Shown: positions 10,538 to 21,940, numbered from the stretch's first letter. The stretch: DNA of 64,000 nucleotides from Syntrophobacterales bacterium (GCA_037388025.1 JARRKO010000001.1:32473-96472); one strand, 5' to 3'. Notes: generated by a model from the sequence alone, not told the origin. A program made the numbers and translations.

Positions 10538-11938
10538 CTACCTCTTTGTTTTCTTAATGATACGCCTTTCCTTTACTACCTGACGGGCACGGCTGATGCC
10601 CAGCTTTCCCGGCGGCACGTCCTTGGTGATGGTGGAACCGGCGCCGACATAGGCCCCGGCGCCCACGGTCACCGGCGCCACCAGGGCCGTGTTGCTGCCG
10701 ATGAAGGCCCCCTCTTCGATGATGGTTTTGTGCTTGTGTACCCCGTCGTAATTGCAGGTGATGGTGCCGGCGCCCACGTTGGTCCCCGCTCCCACCTCGG
10801 CGTCACCCAGATAGGTGAGATGACCGGCCTTGACCCCGGGATAAAGTATAGACTTTTTAATCTCCACGAAATTTCCCACTTTGGCGCCTTCCCGGAGGTC
10901 GCTCAGGGGCCTGAGGTGGGAATAAGGCCCCACCTGAACGCCTGAGCCCAGACGGCTTTCCGCGATGACAGAACCCATTTTGACATAGACGTCATTGTCC
11001 AGCGTGCTGTCAGTGATTTTCACGTTGGGCTCCAGCACGCAATTTTCGCCGACGCTAGTATCCCCCTCCAAATAGACGTTGGGATAAATGATGGTATCCC
11101 GGCCAATGGCCACCAAGGGGCCGATGTAGGTGGTCTCGGGGTCCATGAGGGTGACGCCGGCATTCATATGGCCCTCATTGATGCGCCATTTAAGGGTCCG
11201 GGTGGCTTCGGCCAGTTCCTGGCGGCTGTTGATGCCCAGGAGGTTCAGCCAATCCGGATCAACCAGGGCCTCCACGGTGCGGCCGTGCTGGTGGGCCAGG
11301 GAAATCATATCGGTGAGGTAAATCTCGCCGGTCACCGGGCTGACTTCCAGATCATCCAGGACCTGGCGCAGGAAGGCGGCCTCGAAGCAGTAGGCCCCGG
11401 TGTTGATCTCCCGAATGCCCAGGATATCGGGACGGTCGCGGGCATCCTTGGACTGGACTACGTCCTTCACCTTGCCATGGGCATCCCGTACCACCCGGCC
11501 GTAATGGGCTCCATCCGGGAGTTCCACGGTTTGCACCGTCACCGCAGCGCCGCTTTCCCGGTGCAAACGCTCCAGGGCCGCGATACTCTCCCCGGCAATC
11601 AGAGGTACATCAGCGCATAAAACCATGACCGTGCGGGTCTCGGGCGGCACCGCCGGCATGGCCACTTGCACTGCGTGGCCGGTGCCTTTCTGGGGCTCCT
11701 GGGCCACAAACCTGACCCCTTCCCCTGCCAGGGCCGCCTTAACTTTCTCAGCCTGATAACCCACCACCACCAGGATATCGGGCACGCCTATCGATTTGAG
11801 AGTGTCAATGAGATAGGCGACCATGGGCCGTCCCAAGATCTGATGGAGCACCTTGGGATGGCTGGACTTCATGCGGGTTCCCTGCCCCGCAGCCAGAAGG
11901 ATGGCAGTAATATATTCTCCAACCATTTCCACATCCAT
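10538..11938 (-). CDS. glmU: Bifunctional GlcNAc-1-P uridyltransferase / GlcN-1-P acetyltransferase
   Basis: 466-aa ORF. LAAGQGTRMKS nucleotidyl-transferase motif and C-terminal hexapeptide (left-handed beta-helix) repeats. Confidence 0.95.
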   Translation of the reverse strand: MDVEMVGEYITAILLAAGQGTRMKSSHPKVLHQILGRPMVAYLIDTLKSIGVPDILVVVGYQAEKVKAALAGEGVRFVAQEPQKGTGHAVQVAMPAVPPETRTVMVLCADVPLIAGESIAALERLHRESGAAVTVQTVELPDGAHYGRVVRDAHGKVKDVVQSKDARDRPDILGIREINTGAYCFEAAFLRQVLDDLEVSPVTGEIYLTDMISLAHQHGRTVEALVDPDWLNLLGINSRQELAEATRTLKWRINEGHMNAGVTLMDPETTYIGPLVAIGRDTIIYPNVYLEGDTSVGENCVLEPNVKITDSTLDNDVYVKMGSVIAESRLGSGVQVGPYSHLRPLSDLREGAKVGNFVEIKKSILYPGVKAGHLTYLGDAEVGAGTNVGAGTITCNYDGVHKHKTIIEEGAFIGSNTALVAPVTVGAGAYVGAGSTITKDVPPGKLGISRARQVVKERRIIKKTKR

Positions 11939-11980
11939 TACATTATTATTTGCACTCTTTATGCCAAGCCTTACTTCCCT

Positions 11981-12000
11981 GTTGATAAACGTTGATAAAC
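11981..12000. repeat. Perfect tandem 10-mer GTTGATAAAC x2 upstream of glmU
   Basis: Direct reading. On the minus strand it reads GTTTATCAAC GTTTATCAAC, so each unit contains a DnaA-box-like TTATCAAC. Confidence 0.8.
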
Positions 12001-12095
12001 ATATTGTATGTTATCCTATGCATTAGGAAAAGTTTTTCCCAGACCCAATAAGATGACTGGCACAACGGAACACCGCATAATATTAAAATGAACAT

Positions 12096-12128
12096 ATAAA
12101 AAGGCAAGCCCGGTACCCCAGGCTTGCC
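12096..12128 (-). terminator. Rho-independent terminator after atpC
   Basis: Minus strand reads GGCAAGCC-(10 nt)-GGCTTGCC followed by TTTTTAT, about 30 nt after the atpC stop. Confidence 0.65.
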
Positions 12129-12160
12129 TCGGTGTAGGTCTATACTTTCCCTGTAACCGG

Positions 12161-12565
12161 TTAGCGGCCGGCCACCTTCATGCGCATGATGGCCCGGCGG
12201 AGGGCTGCCTCGGCCCGAGCATAGTCAATTTCCTCGCTTCTGACCGCGGCCAGGCGCTGCTGAGCCCGCTCCATGGCCCGGCGAGCCCGCTCGATATCGA
12301 TCTCCCGACCTAATTCGGCGGACTCGGCCACGACGGTGACCTTCTCACCGGTGACTTCGGCAAAGCCGCCGCTCACCGACAGGTACTCAGTTTTGGCGCC
12401 GTCCCGGTAGTACATTTCCCCGATGTCCAGCGCGGAAAGGAAGGGGATGTGCCCGTGGAGGATGCCGAATTGGCCTTCCACCCCCGGGCAGACCACCACG
12501 TCCGCTTCCGCGGAGAGGAGTTTGCGGTCCGGCGTAACAATTTCCAGTAGTATTTTTTCTGCCAT
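12161..12565 (-). CDS. atpC: F1 ATP synthase epsilon subunit
   Basis: 134-aa ORF, last gene of the atp cluster, with the typical N-terminal beta-sandwich start [10 protein letters not shown]. Confidence 0.92.
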   Translation of the reverse strand: MAEKILLEIVTPDRKLLSAEADVVVCPGVEGQFGILHGHIPFLSALDIGEMYYRDGAKTEYLSVSGGFAEVTGEKVTVVAESAELGREIDIERARRAMERAQQRLAAVRSEEIDYARAEAALRRAIMRMKVAGR

Positions 12566-12586
12566 AGCCCTGGCCTCCCCCGGGCT

Positions 12587-14897
<2,311 letters not shown>

Positions 14898-14915
14898 CGC
14901 ATATCCTCCAGCTTC

Positions 14916-16448
14916 CTATACGGCTGCGGCCGCAGCGGTGCTGGGCTGGAAGACGCTGTCAAAACCCGTCAAGGCAGCCTTCAGGCGGTTGTCAAGATCC
15001 TCAGAAATTTCTTTTTCCTCCCGGATCTCCGCTAAAAGTTCCGGATATTTGGAATCCATGAAGCGGTAAAATTCCTGCTCATAATCCTGGAGCACGTCCA
15101 CCGAGTACTTATCCAGGAAGCCCCGAGTGCCGGCATAAATGACGGATATTTGCCGTTCCATGGGGAGAGGCTGATACTGTGGCTGCTTCAGGATTTCCAC
15201 CAGCCGCATGCCGCGATTGAGCTGCTGTTGGGTAGCCTTGTCGAGTTCGGAGCCGAACTGGGCAAACGCGGCCAGTTCCCGGTACTGGGCCAGCTCCAAC
15301 CGCAACATGCCAGCCACCTGCTTCATGGCCTTCACCTGGGCGGCGCCCCCTACCCGGGAAACCGACAGACCCACGTTGATGGCCGGACGGACACCGGAGA
15401 AGAACAGACCGGGTTCCAGGTACACCTGACCATCGGTAATGGAAATAACGTTAGTGGGAATGTAGGCCGACACGTCACCCTGCTGGGTTTCAATGATGGG
15501 AAGGGCCGTCAGGGAGCCGGCGCCCAGCTCGTCGTTCAGCTTGGCAGCCCGTTCCAGCAGCCGGGAGTGGTTATAGAAGATGTCCCCCGGATAGGCCTCA
15601 CGTCCCGGCGGGCGGCGCAGCAACAGCGAAATCTGGCGGTAGGCCTGGGCTTGTTTGGTGAGGTCGTCATAAATAATGAGGGCATGGCGGCCGGTATCCC
15701 GGTAATACTCACCCATGGCGCAGCCGGAGTAGGCCGCAATATATTGCAGGGGAGCAGGTTCCGAGGCCGAAGCGTTAACCACCACGGTGTGTTTCATGGC
15801 ATCGTGGCGTTCCAGGGCGTCCACCACCTGGGCCACCGTGGACTTTTTCTGACCGACGGCCACGTAAATGCATAAGATGCCGGAATCCTTCTGGTTAATG
15901 ATGGCATCAACGCACAGGGCGGTTTTGCCGATCTGGCGGTCGCCGATGATGAGCTCCCGCTGACCCCGCCCGATGGGCGTCATGGAGTCGATGGCCTTAT
16001 AACCGGTGTACATGGGTTCGTTCACCGGCTGGCGTTCGATGACGCCGGGGGCTTTGACTTCGATGCGCCGGAACTCCTTGGCCTCGATGGGGCCCTTGCC
16101 ATCAATGGGGTTGCCCACCGGGTCGATGACTCGCCCGATGACCGCGTCGCCCACCGGCACTTCGGCGATGCGCCCGGTGCGCTTAACGATATCGCCCTCT
16201 TTAATGTGGGTGTCTTCGCCGAGGATGGCGCAACCCACGTTATCCTCTTCCAGGTTGAGGGCGATGCCGTAGATGCTGCCCGGGAACTCAAGAAGTTCCA
16301 TGGCCATGCACTTTTCTACCCCGTAAACCCGGGCGATACCGTCACCCACGGAGAGAACCGTGCCGGTCTCGGCCACTTCCACCTTCTTTTCGTAATCCTT
16401 GATTTGCGTGCGGATTATTTGGCTGATTTCCTCGGCTCTGATTTCCAT
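14916..16448 (-). CDS. atpA: F1 ATP synthase alpha subunit
   Basis: 510-aa ORF with Walker A GDRQIGKT. Confidence 0.98.
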   Translation of the reverse strand: MEIRAEEISQIIRTQIKDYEKKVEVAETGTVLSVGDGIARVYGVEKCMAMELLEFPGSIYGIALNLEEDNVGCAILGEDTHIKEGDIVKRTGRIAEVPVGDAVIGRVIDPVGNPIDGKGPIEAKEFRRIEVKAPGVIERQPVNEPMYTGYKAIDSMTPIGRGQRELIIGDRQIGKTALCVDAIINQKDSGILCIYVAVGQKKSTVAQVVDALERHDAMKHTVVVNASASEPAPLQYIAAYSGCAMGEYYRDTGRHALIIYDDLTKQAQAYRQISLLLRRPPGREAYPGDIFYNHSRLLERAAKLNDELGAGSLTALPIIETQQGDVSAYIPTNVISITDGQVYLEPGLFFSGVRPAINVGLSVSRVGGAAQVKAMKQVAGMLRLELAQYRELAAFAQFGSELDKATQQQLNRGMRLVEILKQPQYQPLPMERQISVIYAGTRGFLDKYSVDVLQDYEQEFYRFMDSKYPELLAEIREEKEISEDLDNRLKAALTGFDSVFQPSTAAAAAV

Positions 16449-17000
16449 TTATACGACCTCGCCTTTGATTAAAGATTCTCTCAAGGAGTAAAGCTGGGTG
16501 CGGACGCTGCCGTCCAGCACAAGGTCCCCCACCCGGGCAACGACGCCACCGATGATGTCGGGGTCCTCTTCAAATTCCATGGTTACTTTGGACTTGGTCA
16601 TTGTTTCCAGGGCCTGACGTAGGCGTTCTTGCATGCCTTCATCCAGGGGAACTGCAGATGTAACCCGAGCCCGTTTGAGATTCTCAAGTTCGTCGGCCAG
16701 ATGCTGGTAAACCTGCATGATACCGGGCAGGGCAGCGAGACGGAGTTTATCAAACAGGAGTTGTAAGAAATTGCTCACCAAGGGGGAAAGCTTCAGGAGA
16801 TCAGCTATGCGGAGCAACAATTTTTTCCGCTCCTCCATGCTGTGAACTGGATTGAGCAGGGCATCCTTCAGTTCCGGTTCCCGCTCCATGAGCTGGGTAA
16901 AGACCTTCAGCTCTTCCCCGTACTCTTTGAACTTGCCATCTTCCTGACCCAACATCATCAGGGCCTTGGCATAACGTCGGGAAACGGTCAGGTCGATCAA
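16449..17000 (-). CDS. atpH: F1 ATP synthase delta (OSCP) subunit
   Basis: 183-aa ORF between atpF and atpA, beginning RRYAKAL. Confidence 0.88.
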   Translation of the reverse strand: MIDLTVSRRYAKALMMLGQEDGKFKEYGEELKVFTQLMEREPELKDALLNPVHSMEERKKLLLRIADLLKLSPLVSNFLQLLFDKLRLAALPGIMQVYQHLADELENLKRARVTSAVPLDEGMQERLRQALETMTKSKVTMEFEEDPDIIGGVVARVGDLVLDGSVRTQLYSLRESLIKGEVV

Positions 17001-17617
17001 TGTTTCTCCACCACCTTTTGTAGGTATTCCTCCACCAACTTGTTCTGGTCAGTGGGGGTGATCTCCTTGCGGATAAGTTTTTCCGCCATTTGGGTGGCCT
17101 GCTCCGCCACCTCCTTTTTCAATTCCTGAGCGGACTTCTTGATCTCTTGATCGATGCTGAGCGCGGCCATTTCCTTAATGCGGGAGGCCACCATTTCAGC
17201 CTTTTGGATGATTTTTTCTTTTTCCGCTTCACCCTCGGCCATGAACTGCTCCATCAACCTTTCCCGCTCAGCGTCCACCTGCGCCAGGCGCTCTTCTGCG
17301 GCCAACAGGGCTGCTTCCGCTTCGGCTTTCTTGGCTTCCAGCTCCTCGAAGGTTTCGCCGATATCACTGGACCGCTGGGCAAAGAATTGTTTGGCCGGCT
17401 TGTACAACAGGTAGATCAAAACACCAGCGAACACCAAAAAGTTGACGGTGCGCCAAATAAAGTCCGTTATTTTGGCCGGCGAAATGCCATGCGCCTCGCC
17501 ATGGGCGGCGGCTTCCCCCCCACCGGACGCCAACGCCAGGCCGGTCAACAAGAGGCTGACGCCAAGTCCCAGGAAAATACCCGTCCACCACCGCATGGTT
17601 GTCGACTGTTCTTTCAT
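16997..17617 (-). CDS. atpF: Fo ATP synthase subunit b
   Basis: The start was re-picked at the internal ATG (MKEQSTTMRWW...), which overlaps the atpF' stop as ATGA. One TM helix plus a long charged coiled coil. The 246-aa track ORF is an upstream extension. Confidence 0.82.
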   Translation of the reverse strand: MKEQSTTMRWWTGIFLGLGVSLLLTGLALASGGGEAAAHGEAHGISPAKITDFIWRTVNFLVFAGVLIYLLYKPAKQFFAQRSSDIGETFEELEAKKAEAEAALLAAEERLAQVDAERERLMEQFMAEGEAEKEKIIQKAEMVASRIKEMAALSIDQEIKKSAQELKKEVAEQATQMAEKLIRKEITPTDQNKLVEEYLQKVVEKH

Positions 17618-18042
17618 GAGAGCTTCCTCCCCAGAATCTTGGCGGATAGGGCCGTGGCGAAATCCTGTGCTTGGTCTTGTAAGGTTTTGCGGGCTTTGGC
17701 CATATCTTTTTTGATCTTGGCTTCCACCTTGGTCCATTCGGCGTCCACTTCCTTTTTCACCTGTTCGAGGAGAGAACTTTCCTCTTGGGAGCCTTCCTGG
17801 CGCAATTTTTCCCGTAATCCCAGTCCTTCCCGCCGGGCCGCGGCCAGCTGCTGATCTACCTCTCCCAGGACACCCTGCTGGTTGTCCTCCAACCCGGCAA
17901 TATCCTCCTCATATCCGGTCAACCGGGCTTGTCGGGCCAGAATGATCCTCCGTATGGGCCGGTAGAGCACCATGTTGAGAAGGAACACCAGTACGAGAAA
18001 ATTGATAATTTGTACAAGTAGCGTCCAGTCAAGTTCAATCAT
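17614..18042 (-). CDS. Fo ATP synthase subunit b' (second b-type subunit)
   Basis: 142-aa ORF with an N-terminal TM helix (LLVQIINFLVLVFLLNMVLY) and a coiled coil. atpI, atpB and atpE are not present upstream. Confidence 0.78.
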   Translation of the reverse strand: MIELDWTLLVQIINFLVLVFLLNMVLYRPIRRIILARQARLTGYEEDIAGLEDNQQGVLGEVDQQLAAARREGLGLREKLRQEGSQEESSLLEQVKKEVDAEWTKVEAKIKKDMAKARKTLQDQAQDFATALSAKILGRKLS

Positions 18043-18150
18043 CTCGGAGTGCCACCTCGTAATTTATTTGAGAATTAAAGGGGTTATCTTGAAATAGTTC
18101 AGGGATGCACCAAGGGGCACATGTGTATCTTTTCACGAATGCCTTTTACC

Positions 18151-19194
18151 CTATTTTCCCACGGAGCCGCCGTAGCTGAACAGGGGCAGGGGAATCCCCA
18201 CCACCGGCAATAATCCTGTGACCATGCATAAATTGACGAATACTTGCCAGAAGAGGAGGGCCGTCACTCCCAGGGCCAGGAGCTGACCGAAGCGTTCTTT
18301 GCAATTCCGGGCGATGAGCACCCCCCAGAGGCATAGGCCCAGGTAGAGCAGCACCACTGCCGCCGAGCCCACAAAGCCCCATTCCTCGGCAAAGACCGAG
18401 AACACAAAGTCGGTGTGCTGCTCGGGCAAGAAGTGCAACTGGCTCTGGGTTCCCAGTAAAAAGCCCTTGCCCCAGAACTGCCCGGAACCCACGGCAATCT
18501 TGGACTGGATGATGTGATACCCCGCGCCTAAGGGGTCTTGTTCCGGGTTGAGAAAGGTGCGCACCCGCTGCCGTTGATATTCTTTGAGGAAAGGCCAGGC
18601 CGCCGGGATGGCGGTAACCAGGGCTATACCCCCGATCAGCAGGGTCCGCCAATTGACCCCCACCAGTAAAATCATGGACCCACCCACCAGGGTTACCAAA
18701 ATGGCCGAGCCCAAATCCGGCTGCTTGGCGATGATGGCCGCCGGAATCAGGATAAGAGCCAACGGCGGCAGAATGTCTTTAAACGGCAGAGGCCCCTGGG
18801 GCGACAACCGGTGGAAATAGCGCGCCAGAACCAGGATGAGGGCGATCTTGACCAGTTCCGAGGGTTGGAAGGCGATGGGTCCCAACCCTAGCCAGCGCTT
18901 GGAGCCCGAGACCGTTTTTCCGCCCACTATCACCGCAATGAGTAAAATAATACTTAGAATATAAAGAGGATAGGCCAGTCTTTCCAGGTAACGGTAATCA
19001 ATGGTGAGGGTGATGAACATGACTGCCAGCCCTACCAGGAGCCAATAGCTTTGCCTCACGTAAACCGGGGTGACCCCCTCCGGGGTGTGGTTGTAGCCGG
19101 CGCTGTATAAGTTGACGATGCCGATGCCGGCGATGAGGAGAATCAAAGCCAGCAACGGCCAGTCAAAGTTTTGCAATAAACGTCGATCAATCAT
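18151..19194 (-). CDS. rodA: SEDS-family peptidoglycan polymerase RodA/FtsW, C-terminally short
   Basis: 347-aa ORF with multiple TM helices. The conserved PLPLFSYGGS motif is followed by only 4 residues before the stop (see finding). Confidence 0.82.
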   Translation of the reverse strand: MIDRRLLQNFDWPLLALILLIAGIGIVNLYSAGYNHTPEGVTPVYVRQSYWLLVGLAVMFITLTIDYRYLERLAYPLYILSIILLIAVIVGGKTVSGSKRWLGLGPIAFQPSELVKIALILVLARYFHRLSPQGPLPFKDILPPLALILIPAAIIAKQPDLGSAILVTLVGGSMILLVGVNWRTLLIGGIALVTAIPAAWPFLKEYQRQRVRTFLNPEQDPLGAGYHIIQSKIAVGSGQFWGKGFLLGTQSQLHFLPEQHTDFVFSVFAEEWGFVGSAAVVLLYLGLCLWGVLIARNCKERFGQLLALGVTALLFWQVFVNLCMVTGLLPVVGIPLPLFSYGGSVGK

Positions 19195-19196
19195 GG

Positions 19197-19276
19197 TTAG
19201 CTGTCAGCCATCAGCTTTCAGCAGTAAGCCGTCAGTGATCACTGGCAAAAACTAACTGCTGTCTGCTGACTGCTAT
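19197..19276. repeat. Heptamer tandem array forming an imperfect dyad (rodA-recR spacer)
   Basis: TTAGCTG TCAGCCA TCAGCTT TCAGCAG TAAGCCG TCAGTGA TCACTGG, then CTAACTGCTGTCTGCTGACTGCTATC in inverted orientation. The central palindrome is CAGTGATCACTG. Confidence 0.85.
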
Positions 19277-19278
19277 CT

Positions 19279-19884
19279 TTACGTTTCCACGCGGTGATGC
19301 AAGGCCTCCAGCAGGGTCTCCCGGTCGGCGTATTTGATGTCGCCACCCATGGGCAGGCCGTAGGCAATACGGCTGGCCTTGATCCCCAGGGGTCTCATTT
19401 CCTGACTGAGGTAGGTGGTGGTGGCCTCCCCCTCCAGGCTGGGGTTCAGGGCCAGGATCACCTCAGTGATGCCTTCGGTGCGCACCCGCTCCAAAAGTTC
19501 CCGGACCCGGATATCCTCCGGACCCACGCCTTCCAGGGGCGAGAGCAGCCCGCCCAGGACATGGTACTGCCCCTGGTACCAGCCCACCTTTTCGATGGCC
19601 AGGAGATCACCGGGGTCGGCCACCACCAACAGCACCCCCGTCTGACGGGCCGGATTGGCGCACAGGGGACACAACTCCTGATCGGCAAACGCAAAACAGC
19701 GGGAGCAGAGACGCACCTTTTCCTTGAGGTTGATCACCGCCTGGGCCAACTCCAGGACCTCTACCTGGGGAGCCCGCAGAAGATATAAGGCCCACCGGGC
19801 GGCGGACTTCTCCCCCACGCCGGGCCACTTACTCAGGGCCGCCACCACCCGCTGCAACGCCTCCGGATACGCCCCTTTCGACAT
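19279..19884 (-). CDS. recR: Recombination protein RecR
   Basis: Start re-picked at MSKGAYPEAL. Zn-finger CSRCFAFADQELCPLC plus a Toprim domain. dnaX-ybaB-recR synteny. Confidence 0.93.
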   Translation of the reverse strand: MSKGAYPEALQRVVAALSKWPGVGEKSAARWALYLLRAPQVEVLELAQAVINLKEKVRLCSRCFAFADQELCPLCANPARQTGVLLVVADPGDLLAIEKVGWYQGQYHVLGGLLSPLEGVGPEDIRVRELLERVRTEGITEVILALNPSLEGEATTTYLSQEMRPLGIKASRIAYGLPMGGDIKYADRETLLEALHHRVET

Positions 19885-19908
19885 GTAGAATCCTTGAGTT
19901 AGATTTTC

Positions 19909-19954
19909 GTGGGAGGAGGGCCAGGGACCTGAGGCCCCTGCCCCCCTCCCCCAC
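19909..19954. repeat. G-rich ~45-nt imperfect palindrome (REP-like family G), copy 1
   Basis: GTGGGAGGAGGGCCAGGGACC-tga-GGCCCCTGCCCCCCTCCCCCAC, between the ybaB stop and the recR start. Confidence 0.8.
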
Positions 19955-19963
19955 AAAACTTCA

Positions 19964-20275
19964 TCAAAACAGACCGGGAATCTGCATGCCTCCGGTGAGT
20001 TTGGACATTTCTTGGGCCATCATTTCCCGGGAGCGGTTCAGGGCCTCGTTGACTGCGGCCAGGACGAGGTCCTGGAGCATTTCCACGTCGTCGGGGGTGG
20101 CCACTTCCGGTTCGATGCGCAGCGACACCAGTTCCTGGCGGCCGTTGACCACGGCCTCCACCATGCCGCCGCCGGCCTGGGCGCTGACGGTGCGTTCTCC
20201 CAGTTCTGCCTGCATTTCCTGCATCTTGCGCTGCAGGGCTTGGGCCTGTTTCATGAGGCCGCCGAGGTTTTTCAC
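19964..20275 (-). CDS. ybaB: Nucleoid-associated protein YbaB/EbfC
   Basis: Contains MKQAQALQRKMQEMQ. The GTG start at 20275 overlaps the dnaX stop (GTGA) and follows AGGAGG by 7 nt. The frame stays open upstream to 20308. Confidence 0.88.
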   Translation of the reverse strand: MKNLGGLMKQAQALQRKMQEMQAELGERTVSAQAGGGMVEAVVNGRQELVSLRIEPEVATPDDVEMLQDLVLAAVNEALNRSREMMAQEMSKLTGGMQIPGLF

Positions 20276-21714
20276 TCCGAGTCCTCCTTTTTTTCCGGCG
20301 CCAGCCACTGGCCCCCAAAAATTTCCAAGGCTTGCTGTTTGAGGGAGGCCAGATGGTCATTGAGATCGGTGAGTTGAGCCCGGGAAAGTTTGGCATACAG
20401 GGGGCCGCCCTCTTCCTTTTGGACAAAGGCCAGAAAAGCCTGCCAGGATTCCGCCAGGTTTTCCAAAGAGGGGGCGGCCAGTTCCAGGGGAGGGTCTGGA
20501 GCAGCCTGGGCTTGACCTTCAACATCGGTGGCGTAGGATATGGCCGGGAAAGGCGCCGGCGTGGCGGTTTGCAGGCGCTCTTCCAGAGATTTGAGGCGCT
20601 TGAGCCATTCATTCACCGGGGTCAGGGGCTCCAGGTGGATGAGACGCAGGAGCAGCACTTCCAGAGCCAGGCGAGGTTGGGGGGCCCGCTTGAGGTCTTC
20701 CTCGCCCTGGAGGAGCACATTCAGGAGATTGTGGAGGTGCGCCGCGGGCCAGACGCGGGACAGGCGGACGAGTTCCTCCCACTCGGAGTCGGCCACTTCC
20801 GCTAACCGCCGGGCCTCGGGGTGGAGGCCGGCCAGAAGCAGGTGTCGGGCATACTGCACCAGGTCTTGGTAAAAGCGCTTGAGATCATGGCCCTGGTTGT
20901 AAAGATCATCGATGAGTTCAAGGAGGGTGGGCCCGTCCCGGTGGACGATGGCCGTGAGCGCCGCCACCAGCGCCTTCCGGTCCGTCACCCCGAGTATTTT
21001 GGCGATCTCCGGCGCGCCCACCTGGTCGCCCCCGAAGGTGACCACCTGATCCAGGAAGCCCTGAGCGTCCCTGAGGCTCCCCTCTGCCTCCCGGGCGATG
21101 AGGGCCAGGCTGTCGGCGTCCAGGCTCCAGCCTTCCTGGTCCACCAGTTTGACGAGCTGCTCCTGGATGAGCAAAGTGGCGATGCGCCGGAAGTCATAGC
21201 GCTGGCAGCGGCTCATGATGGTCACTGGCACCTTGTGGGGCTCGGTGGTGGCCAGGATAAAAACCGCGTGGGCCGGGGGTTCCTCCAGGGTCTTGAGAAG
21301 GGCGTTAAAGGCCTCCTTGGTGAGCATGTGTACTTCGTCGATGATGTAAACCCTGAACTTGCCGTCCACCGGCAGGTACTTAATCTTTTCCCGGAGGTCT
21401 CGCACCTCGTCGATGCCCCGGTTGCTGGCGCCGTCGATTTCCAGCACATCCATGGAAGAGCCGCCGGTGATCTCCTGGCAGACCTCACAGGTATTACAGG
21501 GCTCCGGGGTGGGGCCGTGGACGCAGTTCAAGGCCTTGGCCAGGATGCGGGCCACCGAGGTTTTCCCCACACCCCGGGGGCCGGAGAACAGAAAGGCGTG
21601 GGCCACCCGTCCGGTAGCGATGGCATTCTGGAGCGTCTTGGTGATGGGCTCCTGGCCCACCACCTCCCCAAAAGACTGGGGACGCCATTTGCGGGCTAGT
21701 ACCTGGTAGGACAT
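20272..21714 (-). CDS. dnaX: DNA polymerase III subunit gamma/tau
   Basis: 480-aa ORF. Walker A GPRGVGKTS, Zn module CNTCEVCQEI, SRC motif IMSRCQRYDF. Confidence 0.95.
   Translation of the reverse strand: MSYQVLARKWRPQSFGEVVGQEPITKTLQNAIATGRVAHAFLFSGPRGVGKTSVARILAKALNCVHGPTPEPCNTCEVCQEITGGSSMDVLEIDGASNRGIDEVRDLREKIKYLPVDGKFRVYIIDEVHMLTKEAFNALLKTLEEPPAHAVFILATTEPHKVPVTIMSRCQRYDFRRIATLLIQEQLVKLVDQEGWSLDADSLALIAREAEGSLRDAQGFLDQVVTFGGDQVGAPEIAKILGVTDRKALVAALTAIVHRDGPTLLELIDDLYNQGHDLKRFYQDLVQYARHLLLAGLHPEARRLAEVADSEWEELVRLSRVWPAAHLHNLLNVLLQGEEDLKRAPQPRLALEVLLLRLIHLEPLTPVNEWLKRLKSLEERLQTATPAPFPAISYATDVEGQAQAAPDPPLELAAPSLENLAESWQAFLAFVQKEEGGPLYAKLSRAQLTDLNDHLASLKQQALEIFGGQWLAPEKKEDSE
20287..20293 (-). 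other. A_AAA_AAG slippery heptamer, in phase with dnaX, 5 codons before its stop
   Basis: dnaX zero frame reads CCG GAA AAA AAG GAG GAC TCG GAG TGA. The -1 frame is the open ybaB frame. Confidence 0.6.
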
Positions 21715-21717
21715 AAG

Positions 21718-21759
21718 GGGTTTTGGGTTTCGAGTTTTGAGTTTCGAGTTTCGAGTTTT
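21718..21759. repeat. Heptamer array (GGGTTTT GGGTTTC GAGTTTT GAGTTTC GAGTTTC GAGTTTT)
   Basis: Six phased 7-mers directly upstream of the dnaX start. It is the inverted partner of 21809-21840. Confidence 0.9.
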
Positions 21760-21808
21760 TTGGTCAAATTGTGGGACATGGGCAACGGTGCAGGCTGGGG
21801 ATTTTTCT

Positions 21809-21840
21809 AAAAACTTGAAACTACAAACTCAAAACTCAAC
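21809..21840. repeat. Heptamer array (AAAAACT TGAAACT ACAAACT CAAAACT CAAC), inverse of 21718-21759
   Basis: Reverse complement of the GAGTTTY units. It abuts the 3' end of tRNA-Ser(GGA). Confidence 0.9.
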
Positions 21841-21933
21841 TGGCGGAGAGAGAGGGATTCGAACCCTCGGTAAGTCTTTTGGACCTACACGCGATTTCCA
21901 GTCGCGCCCCTTCAGCCTCTCGGGCATCTCTCC
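21841..21933 (-). tRNA. tRNA-Ser (anticodon GGA)
   Basis: Minus strand reads GGAGAGATGCCCGAG...CGCGA-CTGGAAA-TCGCG...long variable arm...GGTTCGAATCCC...TCTCTCCGCCA. CCA is encoded. Confidence 0.93.
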
Positions 21934-21940
21934 GCGGTGA

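Noticed and set aside
18043-18150. Absence of atpI, atpB and atpE upstream of atpF', considered as an anomaly.
   Set aside because: Split atp clusters, with atpBE elsewhere, are known in several bacterial lineages. I treat this as ordinary unless the genome lacks those genes altogether.
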